The translations under genes and the position numbers were made by a program. The notes below the pieces were generated by a model. The model was not told where the DNA came from. It saw only the letters and a program-made list of their open reading frames with translations, and made no database searches. A stretch of DNA of 51,896 bases from a virus: positions 1 to 51,896 of the IMG/VR virus record IMGVR_UViG_3300035494_000021; one strand, 5' to 3'. Shown here piece by piece: positions 26,227 through 35,347 of this stretch. How positions within the stretch are numbered: position 1 is the first letter of the stretch; the number at the start of each line of letters is the position of its first letter.

Positions 26227-27526
26227 CGGTATTCGCTCCTTGGCTAGGTTTTGGTGGAGGTGGAGGTGAACCTAAATTCACTTCGCCAAATGTGTGCTGA
26301 TCAGCCAGAATGTTTAGAATCGTTTGTGGCGACAAAGATTGCGCATCAAACAAGTTCTTTAGCGCTTCAGACAGCGTCTTAATACGAGTAGCTTTCTGTA
26401 GTGCTGATTCTGGGAAGATACAGTTCCATTTGTAGTCCCATGGCTGGAGGCCAAAGTGCGCTTGTAGCACCGTATCAATTACGTCTAGTCGAGGGCAGAA
26501 GATAGCTTCTTGCAATCCACGAACGTTGTCGATATAGTTACTCAAGTCTGATTCGCCTGTAGCATTCATACCATCAGGAGAGGCACTCAGGAATCGAGTT
26601 GCTGGAACACCAACTGCGGCTGCGATTACACGGAGGTACTCCCAGATCAAGTCCTTCACACCATTCAGTGCGATTGTCTTTGTACTATAATCCTCAGTTT
26701 GATCAAGGAGAATAATATTATGATTGGACTTCATTTGCTTCATTAGTCTGAAGCGTTTCAGCATTGCAGCTTCACCAGCTGGATGAGTCAGGAGGTTCTG
26801 TAGCCCCTCTACCGTGACGACATCTGCATTCGCTTCCATGGTTAAGGCCGCTGCGGATTGCGCTGCCGTATGGAAGTTATCGATGACTTCAAATAGTGGG
26901 ATTAGAACTGAATCACTGTACCATTGGTTGTTCCAGTGTTCATACTTCGGTAATTCCGTACCTTCGAATCTTAGTACACGACTAGCGTGAATCTTTTGAG
27001 TGGAGCCACCAAGCTGATAGTGGGTTGGGTTGCCATACAATGGATCAAGAGGATCCATAATAATCTCACCCATCGGCAGTAGTCGTGTTCTGTCAACTAC
27101 CTGCAAACTGTTGATGCATCCAGGACGGAGGCGTTTCAGATTCAAAGGGCGTGACGGGTCGCCAGTGCCTTTCAAATCCAACAGAATACAGGATGTGCCG
27201 TATACACGAGCCCACTTATATGCTTCGCGGAATAGGTCACGAATGCGGAATTTCTTATCCGCCTTGATTCCTTCTTCCGAGTCGATTAGACGCCATTCAC
27301 GCGTCATATCTTGTGGCAAGATAGTACAGATTTTCTGTGCTACCCAGTCCTCTCGAAAGCGAGCCGTAAGCTGACGGTGGTCTAGGTTCTTGTACGTGTT
27401 CTGCCATGAGTTGTACTGGGTCTTGTCCATAGACGTTCCCAGTCCAGTCATTACGTTCTGCAGACCATCTTGGAACATAAGTTCACGGTCGGCAAAGCTT
27501 AGCTCCACCTCTTTCTTTTCAGACAT
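26219..27526 (-). CDS. Portal protein
   Basis: 435-aa ORF after the terminase gene. The N-terminal LQNVMTGLGTSMDKT pattern is as recalled for DUF1073 portals. AGGAG RBS. Confidence 0.7.
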   Translation of the reverse strand: MSEKKEVELSFADRELMFQDGLQNVMTGLGTSMDKTQYNSWQNTYKNLDHRQLTARFREDWVAQKICTILPQDMTREWRLIDSEEGIKADKKFRIRDLFREAYKWARVYGTSCILLDLKGTGDPSRPLNLKRLRPGCINSLQVVDRTRLLPMGEIIMDPLDPLYGNPTHYQLGGSTQKIHASRVLRFEGTELPKYEHWNNQWYSDSVLIPLFEVIDNFHTAAQSAAALTMEANADVVTVEGLQNLLTHPAGEAAMLKRFRLMKQMKSNHNIILLDQTEDYSTKTIALNGVKDLIWEYLRVIAAAVGVPATRFLSASPDGMNATGESDLSNYIDNVRGLQEAIFCPRLDVIDTVLQAHFGLQPWDYKWNCIFPESALQKATRIKTLSEALKNLFDAQSLSPQTILNILADQHTFGEVNLGSPPPPPKPSQGANTDG

Positions 27527-27544
27527 ACGTGCTCCTAAAGAGGG

Positions 27545-27727
27545 TTATCGTTTGCTGACGAACCCATTAGGTTTTTCTACATGGGTGCCAGGCTTTGTAG
27601 AGATTTCCAGCTCTACGTTGTTTGAACAGGCTGTGACCATTGCGATCATTTCGCCTGTTTCTGAATCGACAATAGCGAAACGGTTGTTATCGCTTGCACG
27701 TCGATCAATGCGGGTTTTAAGTGCCAT
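27545..27727 (-). CDS. Small hypothetical protein
   Basis: 60-aa ORF with an AGGAG RBS, between the terminase and portal genes. Confidence 0.6.
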   Translation of the reverse strand: MALKTRIDRRASDNNRFAIVDSETGEMIAMVTACSNNVELEISTKPGTHVEKPNGFVSKR

Positions 27728-27736
27728 ATGTTTCTC

Positions 27737-29761
27737 CTACATCCAAGCATCATAATTAGCGCTTGGAGAGCTGAATGCTACAACAACTGCATCTGATACG
27801 TTATCAGTGAAGTCGTCGTGACCTGTACCACTACCCTCGCCAGTCATGTTTAGAACTTCGCGTTGACAGTGAGGCAGGTGTTTATGTTCACTCGGCATCT
27901 TAATCCTTCCCTGAGACCAATAAGGAATTGTGTTTAGGAAGCGAGCCACTTTATCATTAGAGCTTTTATCACGAGGGATTGGCAAGACACGGACACTACC
28001 ATCACGAACGAACTGCTGGTTCAAATATTGACCAGAAGACTTGTCTTCCATATACAGTGCGACGGGCAGCATTTGCGGATATCGTAAATCCAACTGTGTC
28101 TTTTCTTTCCAAAAAGCTTCAATAACTCTCTTGAGCTCTGGGGTCTCCCACTTCCCTAGTTCGACATCAAGCAGGTACAGGTTATTGCTTCTGCAAATTC
28201 CCCAGTAACAGATTACACTATAGTCAGAGTAATCTTGCTTAGTCGAAGCCGTATCCGCAGTCATAAATGTCTTACGGATAATTCCTTTGTCAAAGTTGTG
28301 TACATCATATTCACCTTCTACCCACCACTCATCAGATACAAGACCCACGCCTTTGGCTGTTGGATCTCCTAGGTATTGAGAGTTGAAGGTATATGGAGCC
28401 GCTTCTCGCATATTCTGAAGAGATTCTAATGACTTACGAGATGGCCAAAGTGCCGACTCGCCTTCGCCTCTCTTCAGGTCGTACAAGTATGGTACTGCAT
28501 GCGTATACGCTTGCTTCTGGATAAGAGTATTATACCATCTTGTTGTGCCACACTCAGGTGTGATGATTCCTGGGATGTTGAGATAAACGTATTTATCTGC
28601 TGATCCACCACGAAGAATGTAACCTACTAGGTCTTCTGCGTGCACTCGCTGCATGATTATAATCATCGGAGTGCGTGGACAAGGAATCTCATTGCCTTCT
28701 GCGTCTTGAATAACACCATCGTTCGCTAGGCGCGACATAAACGTGTTATCAAAACGGTCATTGATTTCTGAGCGAACTGTATTGGAATATGCATCTTTTG
28801 GTTTGATAGCATCGTCCACTACGAAGCATCCAGAATAAATTGCCGACAGTGAGCCAGCCCCTTTACCAGTCATTTTACCACCCGTAGGGACGGCGTGCAT
28901 TACACCTGACTTGGTTGTGCCCCATCGCTCCAGTGAGCGCTTGGAAGGGTCGATTCGAACAGCTGGAAAGATTTTCTGGAATAGCTCATCGGTCATAATC
29001 TGACGAATGTAGCCACTTGATTCTGCCACAACGTCATCCGCATAAGACGTAATGATATTGTGACTTGTTGGATTGTGACAGAATGAATACAAAGGAAGGA
29101 AGATACTAAGTATTTGTGTTTTTGAATGTCGTGGAGGAATACATACGATACCTCGGTCTATTTCGCCATTAACCACTTTCTGACAGAACTCGAAAATAAT
29201 CTTGTGGAAGTCCTGCTCTTGGAACGGGAAGCCCATCTGGATTTGGAAGCACCACTTGGAGAAGATTTCAAAACCATCTTCTTTATTAAGTAGAATCTCT
29301 CGAACTCTGTTAGCATCTTCAGTTGTAATCTTTGAGATATCAACCAGCAGAGGGAAATGAATAATATCCTCTACTAGCGACGACACGTCAGCTTCACCAG
29401 AGATTGCTTCTGCAACAGCAGCTTCTACTGATCTGGATTGACTGCCTTCTGTGATCGCCTTCTTAATCTCTTCAGAATACATTTTGTTATTCTTATGATC
29501 GCCTTCAGCATATGAATTTAGCTGAGCCTTGACCAATGAGAGTAACACCGCATTGTCGTCGACACCCTGACCGACCATTTCGTCTTTCAAGGCTTCGTGG
29601 TACTTGTCTCGTACATACGGATTTGTTGTGAGATACGTTCGTAACTCAGGTAGTGGCATCATGATACCGCGAGCACGAGATACTTTCAATAAGTCCCCGT
29701 AGTGCTGCATCATAACTGCAACTAGGAAATTGTCGAATTGCTGATCAACAGGTTCAGCCAT
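27737..29761 (-). CDS. terL: Terminase large subunit with ~190-aa N-terminal extension
   Basis: Walker A-like IVCIPPRHSKTQ, followed by ATPase and nuclease halves (FMTADTASTKQDYSDYSV). 674 aa. Sits directly upstream of the portal gene. Confidence 0.8.
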   Translation of the reverse strand: MAEPVDQQFDNFLVAVMMQHYGDLLKVSRARGIMMPLPELRTYLTTNPYVRDKYHEALKDEMVGQGVDDNAVLLSLVKAQLNSYAEGDHKNNKMYSEEIKKAITEGSQSRSVEAAVAEAISGEADVSSLVEDIIHFPLLVDISKITTEDANRVREILLNKEDGFEIFSKWCFQIQMGFPFQEQDFHKIIFEFCQKVVNGEIDRGIVCIPPRHSKTQILSIFLPLYSFCHNPTSHNIITSYADDVVAESSGYIRQIMTDELFQKIFPAVRIDPSKRSLERWGTTKSGVMHAVPTGGKMTGKGAGSLSAIYSGCFVVDDAIKPKDAYSNTVRSEINDRFDNTFMSRLANDGVIQDAEGNEIPCPRTPMIIIMQRVHAEDLVGYILRGGSADKYVYLNIPGIITPECGTTRWYNTLIQKQAYTHAVPYLYDLKRGEGESALWPSRKSLESLQNMREAAPYTFNSQYLGDPTAKGVGLVSDEWWVEGEYDVHNFDKGIIRKTFMTADTASTKQDYSDYSVICYWGICRSNNLYLLDVELGKWETPELKRVIEAFWKEKTQLDLRYPQMLPVALYMEDKSSGQYLNQQFVRDGSVRVLPIPRDKSSNDKVARFLNTIPYWSQGRIKMPSEHKHLPHCQREVLNMTGEGSGTGHDDFTDNVSDAVVVAFSSPSANYDAWM

Positions 29762-29891
29762 CGTCCTCTACCTCCTCATCATAGTCTTCCCACAATGTAG
29801 GGTCTTGTGTAGAAGCGTGGATGTTCGCAGCTTCTGCTGTTGGCCAAACATTGTAGAGATTGATTGGAGGGAATTTTAATTCAGCCCACAT
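29754..29891 (-). CDS. Small acidic hypothetical protein (45 aa, below the ORF-track cutoff)
   Basis: Hand translation gives MWAELKFPPINLYNVWPTAEAANIHASTQDPTLWEDYDEEVEDDG. GGAG lies 6 nt upstream. Its stop overlaps the terminase start. Confidence 0.4.
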   Translation of the reverse strand: MWAELKFPPINLYNVWPTAEAANIHASTQDPTLWEDYDEEVEDDG

Positions 29892-29905
29892 TCTATCTCC
29901 AGTGC

Positions 29906-30148
29906 CTAGATTTTGCAGCCATCACAATCATCAGTAGCCGACAGCTTATACTGAATGATCTTTGGTGGAATATACTTTCCGCCAGTAATCAGCCGCTTTA
30001 TTTCTTTACGCAGCAGCATAATATCATACATGATGCGCAGAATATCCTTGGCCACACATGTCTGTATCTCTTGCTTGAGCCTAATCAGCTGCTTGCGGTA
30101 GTATCGAAGTCGAGTCCATTTCCATCGATATTCGAAATCAGATTTCAC
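29906..30148 (-). CDS. Small basic hypothetical protein (possible small-terminase-position gene)
   Basis: ORF of ~80 aa. A GTG start at 30148 follows GGAGGTG. The start is uncertain. Basic, coiled-coil-like sequence. Confidence 0.35.
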   Translation of the reverse strand: MKSDFEYRWKWTRLRYYRKQLIRLKQEIQTCVAKDILRIMYDIMLLRKEIKRLITGGKYIPPKIIQYKLSATDDCDGCKI

Positions 30149-32039
30149 AACCACCACCTCCACAAGCTACTTCGCCTGCGAGGTCTGTATTGTCGCCTTC
30201 TTCGCGCACCAACGTCAGGTCTAACGATTTGAAATCATTCAGCATTGCATTGAACTGCTCTTCTGTGATGTCTTCAAATGGAGCCTGTTGATATGTACCG
30301 CCGTTGTATGGAAGTACTGAGATACCGTTATAGTCATTACGGTTATCCCACATCCATTGTGAAACCTCTGGCCACTCGTGGTCTTTAACAGAGATAGTGC
30401 AAGACACGTTGTGTGTGTTGTCACCATCACGATGCCCTTCACGAACCCATTCAAGGTTGAAGCGGCGTACACGAGCTAACAAATCAGCAGGAGTTTCATG
30501 GCGTAGAATTGCGGTTTTAGGTGCGCGTTGAGGGAATGATGCTACTAGACCGTTAGGTACAAATACATCTTGCTCAATCATCGCTGGGAGGTTTTGCTGT
30601 AGGTATTGCGCTAGTGCTTCGTCTTTACCCATACGCATACGACGTACATAGAAGTCATTATGCCATGCATGGATACCAGAAGATGAACCAACAACCAAAG
30701 AGCTTGTACCCGACGGCTTAACCGTGGTAGTACGAGCAGCAGCATTGATGCCCATTAGCTTGGCCGCACGTTCATTCTCATGACGTACATGCAGAGCTGC
30801 TTCAGAGAGGTCGAATGGCAGTACAGCGCCAGAGCCGATGCCAGTCATACCCACGCCGATCAGTGCATCACTCTCAGTGGTCTCGCGCCAAATAGGACGC
30901 AGGTAGTGGAAGTTTGTGTAGGAAGCTTGTAGTGTGCCAATAAATGACGCAGCACGAGCACGAGCATTAAGATCTTCTTGAGAGACGATATTAGATGCAT
31001 TCACTTCACAAAGGTTACAGAATTGGAATGGGCGTAAGCCGATTTCACAACATGGGTTTGTGCCCCAGTCTGTGTTCGAAGTCCAGTAGACTCCTGGTTC
31101 GCCAGCACCAGACGCTTCAACGATTTGCATTAGCGCCATGAACTCTTCATAGCTTACTTCACCACGAGGCAGAGTAGCAGAGTTGTTTGCACGGCCACGG
31201 TATGGAGCATCGTTCCACCATTCACCAGATTTACAAGTCAACATCTCTTCATCGTAGCGATCAAACAAAGAGATTAGTGCTGCACGACGAATACCGCCAG
31301 CAAGAACAGCATCAGCAATGATACATACCATATCATGCGCTTCAATCGGACGTAGCTTACGACCAACTGCTGCCAACAGCTTAGCTTCAAGAAGTGCTGC
31401 ACAAGCCTTCAAAGGCTCTGGGCCTGGTGCTTTGCCGCCAGTGGTTACTAGGGCTGCACCCTTCTCACGGATATCGGAGAAGTCAAATACAGGGCGGTGT
31501 TTACCAAGGAAATAGGCTTCCACCAATACCTTGATACAGTCCGCCCAACCTTCAATAGAGTCACCCACTACAAAACGGCGTGATTCGCCGTTGGTACCTT
31601 GGACTAGTGGTAGCTGTTCAACATGCTGCATTTGCACAGAGAAGCCGCCACCAGTACCACCCAACAGGAGGAACATCAATTCAGAGAAAGCGTCAGGATG
31701 ATCGATCGGGAGATATGCACAGTTGTAGATACGGTTGTGGGCTACTTCGATTGGACGACCACCAAACTGTAAGGAGCGCATGGATGGCAAGACTTTCTTC
31801 TCGTATACGAATTTGTACGCTGCACGGATTTCTGCTTCTAGAGCAGGGTGCTTGCGGATATGCATCATCATATTACGAGTTACTAGTTCATGCCATGTTT
31901 CACGGCGACCAAGTTCGGATTGGAATTTGGCATACTTGTTGTACACAGTGATATCACTCAACATAATATTGGTGATATCAATGGTACTATCAGCTGCCTC
32001 TTTCTCTGGTTCAATAAGGAAAGTGGATAAAAGATCCAT
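30138..32039 (-). CDS. nrdJ: Ribonucleotide reductase, class II (B12-dependent)-like
   Basis: NPCCEIGL (cf. the RNR active-site NPCGE), a C-terminal CGGGGCEI cysteine pair, and no ATP-cone. AGGAG RBS. Confidence 0.65.
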   Translation of the reverse strand: MDLLSTFLIEPEKEAADSTIDITNIMLSDITVYNKYAKFQSELGRRETWHELVTRNMMMHIRKHPALEAEIRAAYKFVYEKKVLPSMRSLQFGGRPIEVAHNRIYNCAYLPIDHPDAFSELMFLLLGGTGGGFSVQMQHVEQLPLVQGTNGESRRFVVGDSIEGWADCIKVLVEAYFLGKHRPVFDFSDIREKGAALVTTGGKAPGPEPLKACAALLEAKLLAAVGRKLRPIEAHDMVCIIADAVLAGGIRRAALISLFDRYDEEMLTCKSGEWWNDAPYRGRANNSATLPRGEVSYEEFMALMQIVEASGAGEPGVYWTSNTDWGTNPCCEIGLRPFQFCNLCEVNASNIVSQEDLNARARAASFIGTLQASYTNFHYLRPIWRETTESDALIGVGMTGIGSGAVLPFDLSEAALHVRHENERAAKLMGINAAARTTTVKPSGTSSLVVGSSSGIHAWHNDFYVRRMRMGKDEALAQYLQQNLPAMIEQDVFVPNGLVASFPQRAPKTAILRHETPADLLARVRRFNLEWVREGHRDGDNTHNVSCTISVKDHEWPEVSQWMWDNRNDYNGISVLPYNGGTYQQAPFEDITEEQFNAMLNDFKSLDLTLVREEGDNTDLAGEVACGGGGCEI

Positions 32040-32047
32040 TGGGTCTC

Positions 32048-32641
32048 CTAGCGGAAATACGACTCAACTCCACTGAGAATTTTCTCAAGGACTAGGGAAG
32101 CTTCTTGTTCGGGATCCTCTCGCTTTGTGTGATGTTTAATGGTGATCACATTAGGCGCATCAGAAGTGATATACTGACGAGAGTCATTTTCGAAGTTGAA
32201 GTCTGGGTGATGAAGCTGTACAATGACAACAAGATCCATTGCATCAGCCAACGCATCGACTTCTACTTGGAAACCAAGGTCAGTCATTAGCGTGTCTTTA
32301 TGTGCCGCACAACTGTCGGCGAATTGTTTTGCGAAGTAGTCTTGCCCGAACTTGGGCTTAACAACCTCTTCCGAGAAGTGGATTAGAGCTTCACGTGGTG
32401 TGGAAAATCCAGGGTCCAGGCCTTCTTGATACGAGTCTTTCCAGCCTTGAATATCCCAATGCGTTTGAAAGCGTGTGTCTTGATAATAATTGGCACACAT
32501 AGCACGAATCATATGAGCTAGTGTTTTAGAAACTACTTTGCCACGCTTCATTTCAATCAGGATTCTTGCAAGGGTGTCCTTGCCGATTTGTGGTGGCCCA
32601 TTCATTGCCACACAAATCTTTGGTGCTTTGTTAGTTCTCAT
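32048..32641 (-). CDS. P-loop deoxynucleoside monophosphate kinase-like protein
   Basis: GPPQIGKDT P-loop at the N-terminus. ATG at 32641 follows GGAG. Confidence 0.5.
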   Translation of the reverse strand: MRTNKAPKICVAMNGPPQIGKDTLARILIEMKRGKVVSKTLAHMIRAMCANYYQDTRFQTHWDIQGWKDSYQEGLDPGFSTPREALIHFSEEVVKPKFGQDYFAKQFADSCAAHKDTLMTDLGFQVEVDALADAMDLVVIVQLHHPDFNFENDSRQYITSDAPNVITIKHHTKREDPEQEASLVLEKILSGVESYFR

Positions 32642-32846
32642 TAGATTTCTCCAGGTCGTCGACCGCAGCTTTCGCTGTTTTGCCATTTCCGAAATACTGA
32701 ATCGGGGCTACAGAGGAATACGCTTGATAACTTGCAATTGTATTGCTGTAGTCACCACAATTAGAGTGGAGTTCGAATCGTAAGGCGACGTACTCATTTG
32801 GGTACATCGCTTGCAGTCGTTTAAATTGTTTCTTCAATTGTCTCAT
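32631..32846 (-). CDS. Small hypothetical protein
   Basis: ATG at 32846 follows AAGGTG. It is the first gene downstream of motif copy a. Confidence 0.6.
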   Translation of the reverse strand: MRQLKKQFKRLQAMYPNEYVALRFELHSNCGDYSNTIASYQAYSSVAPIQYFGNGKTAKAAVDDLEKSNEN

Positions 32847-32858
32847 AACTGACACCTT

Positions 32859-32881
32859 CTAGTGGGCGAGGGACGAGCCCT
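32859..32881 (-). promoter_or_regulatory. Promoter-like motif copy a (AGGGCTC-N12-CTAG)
   Basis: Minus strand reads AGGGCTCGTCCCTCGCCCACTAG, followed by AAGGTGTCAGTTATG. It fills the 36-bp gap between ligase and the next gene. Confidence 0.5.
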
Positions 32882-32891
32882 CACTCACAGG

Positions 32892-33797
32892 TTAGATATA
32901 GTCTGCGATTGCATCAATATCTGTTTCTTGCTTATCCCAACGAACTGCCTTGAATCGGCCTTCACGTAGGGAACCGTTTGGTAGTGCTTTCATTGCCTTA
33001 GTTTCGACAACAGCACCGATGATTGATTCTGGAGCTGCCCACCACTCGTCGCGCTCTGCATCAGACATGCCAGAGATTGCGTTCTTAATGCCGTTCTTGT
33101 CTTGGACAATCAGGCGACCGAGAGTGTGAGAGTACTTGCCTTCACCGCGTTCTACATCAATCACCATCAGGTCAAGCGTTAGTTCACACTTGATCTTCAT
33201 CAGGTCGTGGTTGCGAGCATCAGCAGTATACTTACCGTTCATGCGTTTTAGGATGAGGCCTTCGCCATTTGGCTTAGAGGTTATTTCATCATAATACTGC
33301 ATCCAGATTTCTTTCTGAGAAGATACGGCAAGGATTGGCACAGCTGTGACCAGACCTTCAAGCTCACAATGGTCAATCACTGCAATCAGGTTTGAATAGC
33401 GAGCGCTAAAGATCTTGTGTGGGTATTTTGCAACCAACACATCATGAGCATTAAGCTCTACACCTTCTAGTGCAACTTGCTTCTGGTTGAAGCGGCCATT
33501 CAAATCCTTGAAGATCATTCCAGGAATCGTTGCTTCGAAGATTAAGCGGCAGTCAAGTGAGGTACCTTTCTTAGCCTGAAACGCAGCAGTGTAATTACGC
33601 ATCGATGGAAGAATACGCCCTGTCTTAGATCGGATTGAGTCCCACTTGCCGTTGATACAATCAATATACATGTACCAGCCATCAAGCTTTTCCATCACAG
33701 CATAATCTTCACCGATATGCTTAGGATTCTTCAAGGCTTCTTCTAGGTGAAGATGTTTAGCCTTTTGTGGTTTGCCGAATAGACCAAAGATGTCCAT
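32892..33797 (-). CDS. ATP-dependent DNA ligase
   Basis: Adenylation motif KxDG within AVMEKLDGWYMY. 301 aa. Confidence 0.8.
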   Translation of the reverse strand: MDIFGLFGKPQKAKHLHLEEALKNPKHIGEDYAVMEKLDGWYMYIDCINGKWDSIRSKTGRILPSMRNYTAAFQAKKGTSLDCRLIFEATIPGMIFKDLNGRFNQKQVALEGVELNAHDVLVAKYPHKIFSARYSNLIAVIDHCELEGLVTAVPILAVSSQKEIWMQYYDEITSKPNGEGLILKRMNGKYTADARNHDLMKIKCELTLDLMVIDVERGEGKYSHTLGRLIVQDKNGIKNAISGMSDAERDEWWAAPESIIGAVVETKAMKALPNGSLREGRFKAVRWDKQETDIDAIADYI

Positions 33798-34324
33798 TAC
33801 TTTTCTCCTACAAGGATTTTGGTTTGAGCCGCGATGTATGCTACCATCTCAGCGGTTTGTGGAGCCGAATAATTAGATAAGTATTCCGCCCATTTGAGTC
33901 CCACTTCAACGGCAAATTTGTTGCCAGTCATGACACACTCTGCACAGTAGCGCAGCCCTTCAATCATATCGCACAGCTTAACGCGCTGTTGCCACTCTCT
34001 GGGCACAGAGTCGCCCACTGTGGAGACATTCACGCCAGTCTGATACACGGTATCGAAATGGTCTTCGATGGCAGAGAGCGCACCCTTGAGGCCAGATGAG
34101 ATACGCTTAGTGGGCGCAGGGATATCCCCTGTGTCGAGTTCCGCGCAGTCATGGGTAAGGGCATACATGAGTACAACAGATGGCACCTCGCCATAAAAGT
34201 GTTGCAGCATGATAGCCACTCGCCACTGGTGTTGCGATAGGTCTTGGGACGGCATATGTGGTTGCGCGTGAAAACGCTTGACATAACCTGACTCAAGGAT
34301 TGTTTCTAAACGATAAGTTTCCAT
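33797..34324 (-). CDS. HD-domain phosphohydrolase (YfbR-like 5'-deoxynucleotidase)
   Basis: RFHAQPH ... HQWRV ... ALTHDCAELDTGDIP gives the H...HD...D metal-ligand pattern. Confidence 0.65.
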   Translation of the reverse strand: METYRLETILESGYVKRFHAQPHMPSQDLSQHQWRVAIMLQHFYGEVPSVVLMYALTHDCAELDTGDIPAPTKRISSGLKGALSAIEDHFDTVYQTGVNVSTVGDSVPREWQQRVKLCDMIEGLRYCAECVMTGNKFAVEVGLKWAEYLSNYSAPQTAEMVAYIAAQTKILVGEK

Positions 34325-34343
34325 AGGTTTCTCCTAGTGGTTT

Positions 34344-34550
34344 CTACGATTCGCGGATGGTGAACTTCTTGAAGTCGTCTGGCTCTCGAGCGTAGACGTC
34401 ATCATGGTCTGTGAACTGAATGTACATAACCCATTCACCATCAATTTTCACTTTGATTGGGCCGAGAAGTTCATACTCAACTTCTGGTCTCTTCGGATGT
34501 GATATCTTCCAGCCTTTTCTCAAGGCTTTCCAAACTAGATTACTTTCCAC
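34344..34550 (-). CDS. Small hypothetical protein
   Basis: 68-aa ORF, tightly packed with its neighbours. Confidence 0.6.
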   Translation of the reverse strand: MESNLVWKALRKGWKISHPKRPEVEYELLGPIKVKIDGEWVMYIQFTDHDDVYAREPDDFKKFTIRES

Positions 34551-35055
34551 GTAAATGATTCCTTAGCTGCGCTCTTCTAAGCGCTACGGTTTTAGCGGGT
34601 TCCAGTCCTGCCAGTTCAAAACGTCTCTTCTGTTCCTTAGCGTCATACTTCTTAAAGAAAGCAATAATCTTCTTCTCGATAGCTGAATCTTCAATGGACA
34701 TGCCTGAGCGCTCTGAATACGTAATAATTCCGTGACAGGCGGTACAACATTTCTCTAGCCTTTTGGTATCAACAATGGCAAGCCGTGCTACATGTTCAGC
34801 AACGTTTTCCAGAGTGAGTGTCCCGACAGTGTCGAGATGGTTCACTTCAATCTCTGCTTCCGGCTTCCATTGTTTACACCTGTTGCATTGATGATGGAAA
34901 GACATCCTACCAGTCTTCGGATTATGCATACGCTTTCGCCCATGTTTCATAATCTCCAGTCTGACAGGATGCTTTTTCCAAAAGGAGTTGCGCAGTTGGC
35001 TTCTCAACCACTCAATGAATTTTCTTTCGGTCTTACACCAACCAAAATCGTTCAT
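34540..35055 (-). CDS. HNH endonuclease
   Basis: HHQCNRCKQW ... EVNHLD ... CCTACHGI gives the CxxC ... H-N-H ... CxxCH layout. Confidence 0.7.
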   Translation of the reverse strand: MNDFGWCKTERKFIEWLRSQLRNSFWKKHPVRLEIMKHGRKRMHNPKTGRMSFHHQCNRCKQWKPEAEIEVNHLDTVGTLTLENVAEHVARLAIVDTKRLEKCCTACHGIITYSERSGMSIEDSAIEKKIIAFFKKYDAKEQKRRFELAGLEPAKTVALRRAQLRNHLRGK

Positions 35056-35069
35056 GCGCTTCCTTTTTA

Positions 35070-35345
35070 TTACAAACTTAACTCGTAATACTCTTCGAGT
35101 TCTTTAGCAAGTGCATCTGCTTTCTCTCGTAGTTCAAGTACTACGTATGCTTTCTGGGCAGCAAGCCACTCATCATAGGGTGAGTAAATGCCAAGCGCCG
35201 CCTTGTCTTGCAATATAGCATCACAAGACGGACATAGCTCGCCCTCTTTTCCCCAATGGTCGTGGTCTGCACACCAGTGAGACTTCAGCTCATCTGGCGC
35301 TTCTGTGCCATACAAAGCGTAAATCTCGCGTACAGTTAAGTGCAT
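35070..35345 (-). CDS. Small hypothetical protein with Cys/His cluster
   Basis: 91-aa ORF containing CADHDHW...CPSC. Confidence 0.6.
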   Translation of the reverse strand: MHLTVREIYALYGTEAPDELKSHWCADHDHWGKEGELCPSCDAILQDKAALGIYSPYDEWLAAQKAYVVLELREKADALAKELEEYYELSL

Positions 35346-35347
35346 CG

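Noticed and set aside
34325-34343. CCACTAGGAG upstream of the HD-domain gene as another motif copy
   Set aside because: The CTAG here is a stop codon (TAG) and Shine-Dalgarno (GGAG) context. There is no AGGGCTC half-site upstream.
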